Source of the DNA: Pyrodictium abyssi
Lineage (GTDB): Archaea; Thermoproteota; Thermoprotei_A; Sulfolobales; Pyrodictiaceae
Assembly: GCF_036323395.1 (NCBI RefSeq)
Contig: NZ_AP028907.1
Coordinates: 210,001-242,000, forward strand
DNA: 32,000 bases
Reading direction: 5' to 3'
Shown: positions 30,223-32,000 of the stretch, in pieces
How the letters are laid out: the number at the start of each line of letters is the position of its first letter
Position numbering within the stretch: the stretch's first letter is position 1
Notes under the pieces: model-generated
The model's input: the letters and a program-made list of their open reading frames with translations, nothing else
Databases searched by the model: none
Told to the model about the DNA's origin: nothing
Translations under genes and position numbers: made by a program

Positions 30223-31410
30223 CTACACGCCGTATTTCTTCACGAAATCCTCTAGAGAGGAGAGCGCCACTCTGACGCCATGCCTCCGGGGCATGTAGAA
30301 GGCTGTCTTGACCGAGTCGGTAGCTATCGCCCTGATGCCAGCCTTGCTGAGCGTGCTTACTACTAGACACGTCCCGGGGAGTACGTGTATGCCGCGTTCC
30401 CTAAGCCCGGCTATGGCCTTGCGTAGGCTTCCCGCCGCACCGCCAGGTATAGCTATCCATATGGGGCGCCGAAGCCTGCTGACACCATACCTCTCCAGCA
30501 CCTGGAGTATTTTGCTAACTGCACGCTTTGGGTGGTGCGGGCACCCGGTGAAGAATAGCTCTGCCTCATCTATGCCAGCTGTTTCTACCTCCTCGCGCGC
30601 TGCCTCGATATCCCTGCGGTCCACGGCCACCTTTTCGACGCCCAGGGGCGGGCCCTGGTCCTCCGGCGAGACACCCTTTATGACGCACATCGCGGTACTT
30701 CCTGAGGCCGCTGCAGCTGCGCATAGGGATACTACCTGCCACTTATCTAGAGGGTTTACGTCGATGTACGGTACTTCGCCGGAGAAGCGGCTACCAACTA
30801 TATAGCCTAGGACTCCCGCAGCCAGCCCGTCTCTTATGCTGGCCTCGACTTTTACGAGCTTAGTGGGTCTACGGTTCTCGTCAAGGTGGAGCCCCCATAG
30901 GTATGTTCTCCCGACAAGCGCCGCTGCTAGCGCTACTGGCCCGCCTTCCCGGTTTGTCCTAGCACCGTAGAGAGTGTTGGCTACTGCTACAGCGCTGGAC
31001 TCGCCCCATGCCAGGTGCTCGCCGGGACGCGGCTCGCGTAGCGTATACGGGATACACGTGCCGCTGGGCTCGAAGCCCATGCGTATTAGCGCATCTATTA
31101 TCCTCTTCTGCTTGCGCGCGTCCTCACTGGGCACCGTGTAGGGCGGCTCGACATCCCCCAGGGGGAATCCCGCGGGGTTAAATGTCGAGTAGACCGCGAC
31201 CCTCCCGCTGGCTGCTAGGGTCTCTATGAACTCTAGACCGTAGTCCCCTATGTTGCTGTATGATACCCCGCTCACGTGCACGTGTGATACTCTTACCAGG
31301 CGTTCTGCGCCAAGAGCCTCGCCGACACGTACTATGAGCTTCATTGCTAGCTGGCGTGATGGCCCCTCTTCCCCGGCTAGTATACGTTCTTCCTCGCGGG
31401 TAAGGTACAA
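30223..31410 (-). CDS. Aconitase X catalytic-domain protein (DUF521): phosphomevalonate dehydratase large subunit
   Basis: 395 aa. (TTG)MYLTREEERILAGEEGPSRQLAMKLIVRVGEALGAERLVRVSHVHVSG is the typical DUF521 N-terminus. Confidence 0.85.
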   Translation of the reverse strand: MYLTREEERILAGEEGPSRQLAMKLIVRVGEALGAERLVRVSHVHVSGVSYSNIGDYGLEFIETLAASGRVAVYSTFNPAGFPLGDVEPPYTVPSEDARKQKRIIDALIRMGFEPSGTCIPYTLREPRPGEHLAWGESSAVAVANTLYGARTNREGGPVALAAALVGRTYLWGLHLDENRRPTKLVKVEASIRDGLAAGVLGYIVGSRFSGEVPYIDVNPLDKWQVVSLCAAAAASGSTAMCVIKGVSPEDQGPPLGVEKVAVDRRDIEAAREEVETAGIDEAELFFTGCPHHPKRAVSKILQVLERYGVSRLRRPIWIAIPGGAAGSLRKAIAGLRERGIHVLPGTCLVVSTLSKAGIRAIATDSVKTAFYMPRRHGVRVALSSLEDFVKKYGV

Positions 31411-31413
31411 GGC

Positions 31414-32000
31414 CTAGCCTTGACCCCCAATGGTAGGCTTTACGTACTTGTCGCGGTCACGTATAGGCATTGTCGCGTCCACTAGGAGTTTGTATGTGAG
31501 CCCATCCTGGGCGCTTGGGTCTAGCGTAGAGCCGCGCGCAGCCGGTATAACTACGAGCCCGCGGTCAGCCTGTAGACGTGTAGCTATCGCCCACTCGACC
31601 TGCCTGGGGTCGTCGGGGTCTATGTCGCTATCCACTACTACCACGTGCTTGAGACTGGGGTGTGCAGCGAGGGCTGCTAGCCCTGCAGACTTGCCGTCAC
31701 CATCATGCTGCTTCTCGATAGAAACGACCGCGTGGAGCCACATACCGCCTGCTGGTGTTAGCCTTACCTTAGAGACCCCTGCTACTGCGCGCGAGACTGC
31801 CTCGTAGATCGCGGCCTCTCTCGGAAACCCCATGAGCATCATGTGCTCGTAACCGCCCGGGAGTATCACGTGCATATACGGCTTGTAGACCTTGTTCACG
31901 TAGATATGCTCTACATGGAGCACTGGCTCCTGGCGCACGTCGTCGTATAGCTGGAGGAGGTCTACGAACGGGCCTTCGCGTGCTCTATCTGGGCCGAGCC
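31414..32000 (-). CDS. UbiD-family decarboxylase, C-terminal part (5' end beyond the window): likely trans-anhydromevalonate-5-phosphate decarboxylase
   Basis: The reading frame stays open to position 32000. Hand translation upstream of the track ORF gives ...REGPFVDLLQLYDDVRQEPVLHVEHIY. EGPF is a UbiD hallmark, and the tail carries VVVVDSDIDPDDPRQVEWAIATR. The gene lies 3 nt upstream of the AcnX genes. Confidence 0.8.
   Translation of the reverse strand, partial: LGPDRAREGPFVDLLQLYDDVRQEPVLHVEHIYVNKVYKPYMHVILPGGYEHMMLMGFPREAAIYEAVSRAVAGVSKVRLTPAGGMWLHAVVSIEKQHDGDGKSAGLAALAAHPSLKHVVVVDSDIDPDDPRQVEWAIATRLQADRGLVVIPAARGSTLDPSAQDGLTYKLLVDATMPIRDRDKYVKPTIGGQG

Noticed and set aside
29801-30370. 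189-aa minus-strand ORF overlapping the AcnX small and large subunit genes
   Set aside because: It is an Arg/Gly-rich alternative frame of two well-supported genes.
1-32000. CRISPR arrays, rRNA genes, IS elements/transposases, long inverted repeats
   Set aside because: None was seen on visual scanning. The only tandem repeats are the in-frame 21-nt units in the cytochrome stalk.

Overview
The window looks like a GC-rich chromosome segment from a hyperthermophilic crenarchaeon, possibly Desulfurococcales, Pyrodictiaceae or Ignicoccus-like. This placement rests on gene content (FAU-1, UPF0147/UPF0148, AcnX/UbiD-type mevalonate enzymes, NOG1-like GTPase), archaeal TATA boxes, GGAGGTG-type ribosome-binding sites, frequent GTG/TTG starts and heavy AGG/ATA codon use. 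No database search was possible, so every family call comes from motifs I recognise in the translations.

There are three blocks:
(1) 1-8140: housekeeping genes plus an aromatic/aryl-acid cluster (TrpB2, PaaK-like CoA ligase, Na+/solute symporter, IorAB).
(2) 8166-25640: an all-minus-strand c-type cytochrome island. It holds a variant System I (Ccm) maturation set: CcmA, CcmB, a Trx-cytochrome c-CcdA fusion, a 1003-aa CcmF, an extended CcmC, and a CcmE with a C-H-E-S-Y motif. A tetrahaem / Tat-FeS / NrfD quinol module and a monohaem cytochrome sit inside that set. An HTH_10-type regulator with a Cys4 motif, a lower-GC membrane-anchored HExxH protease, and an 857-aa HAO-family-like octahaem cytochrome on a ~170-residue coiled-coil stalk follow.
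(3) 25897-32000: an SDR lacking the canonical Tyr/Lys, FAU-1, tRNA-Leu(CAG), an RHH protein, UPF0147/UPF0148, and the archaeal mevalonate enzymes (AcnX small and large subunits, UbiD-like decarboxylase).

I saw no CRISPR array, rRNA gene, transposase or integrase. The most interesting material is the non-standard architecture of the cytochrome maturation proteins and the stalked octahaem cytochrome.
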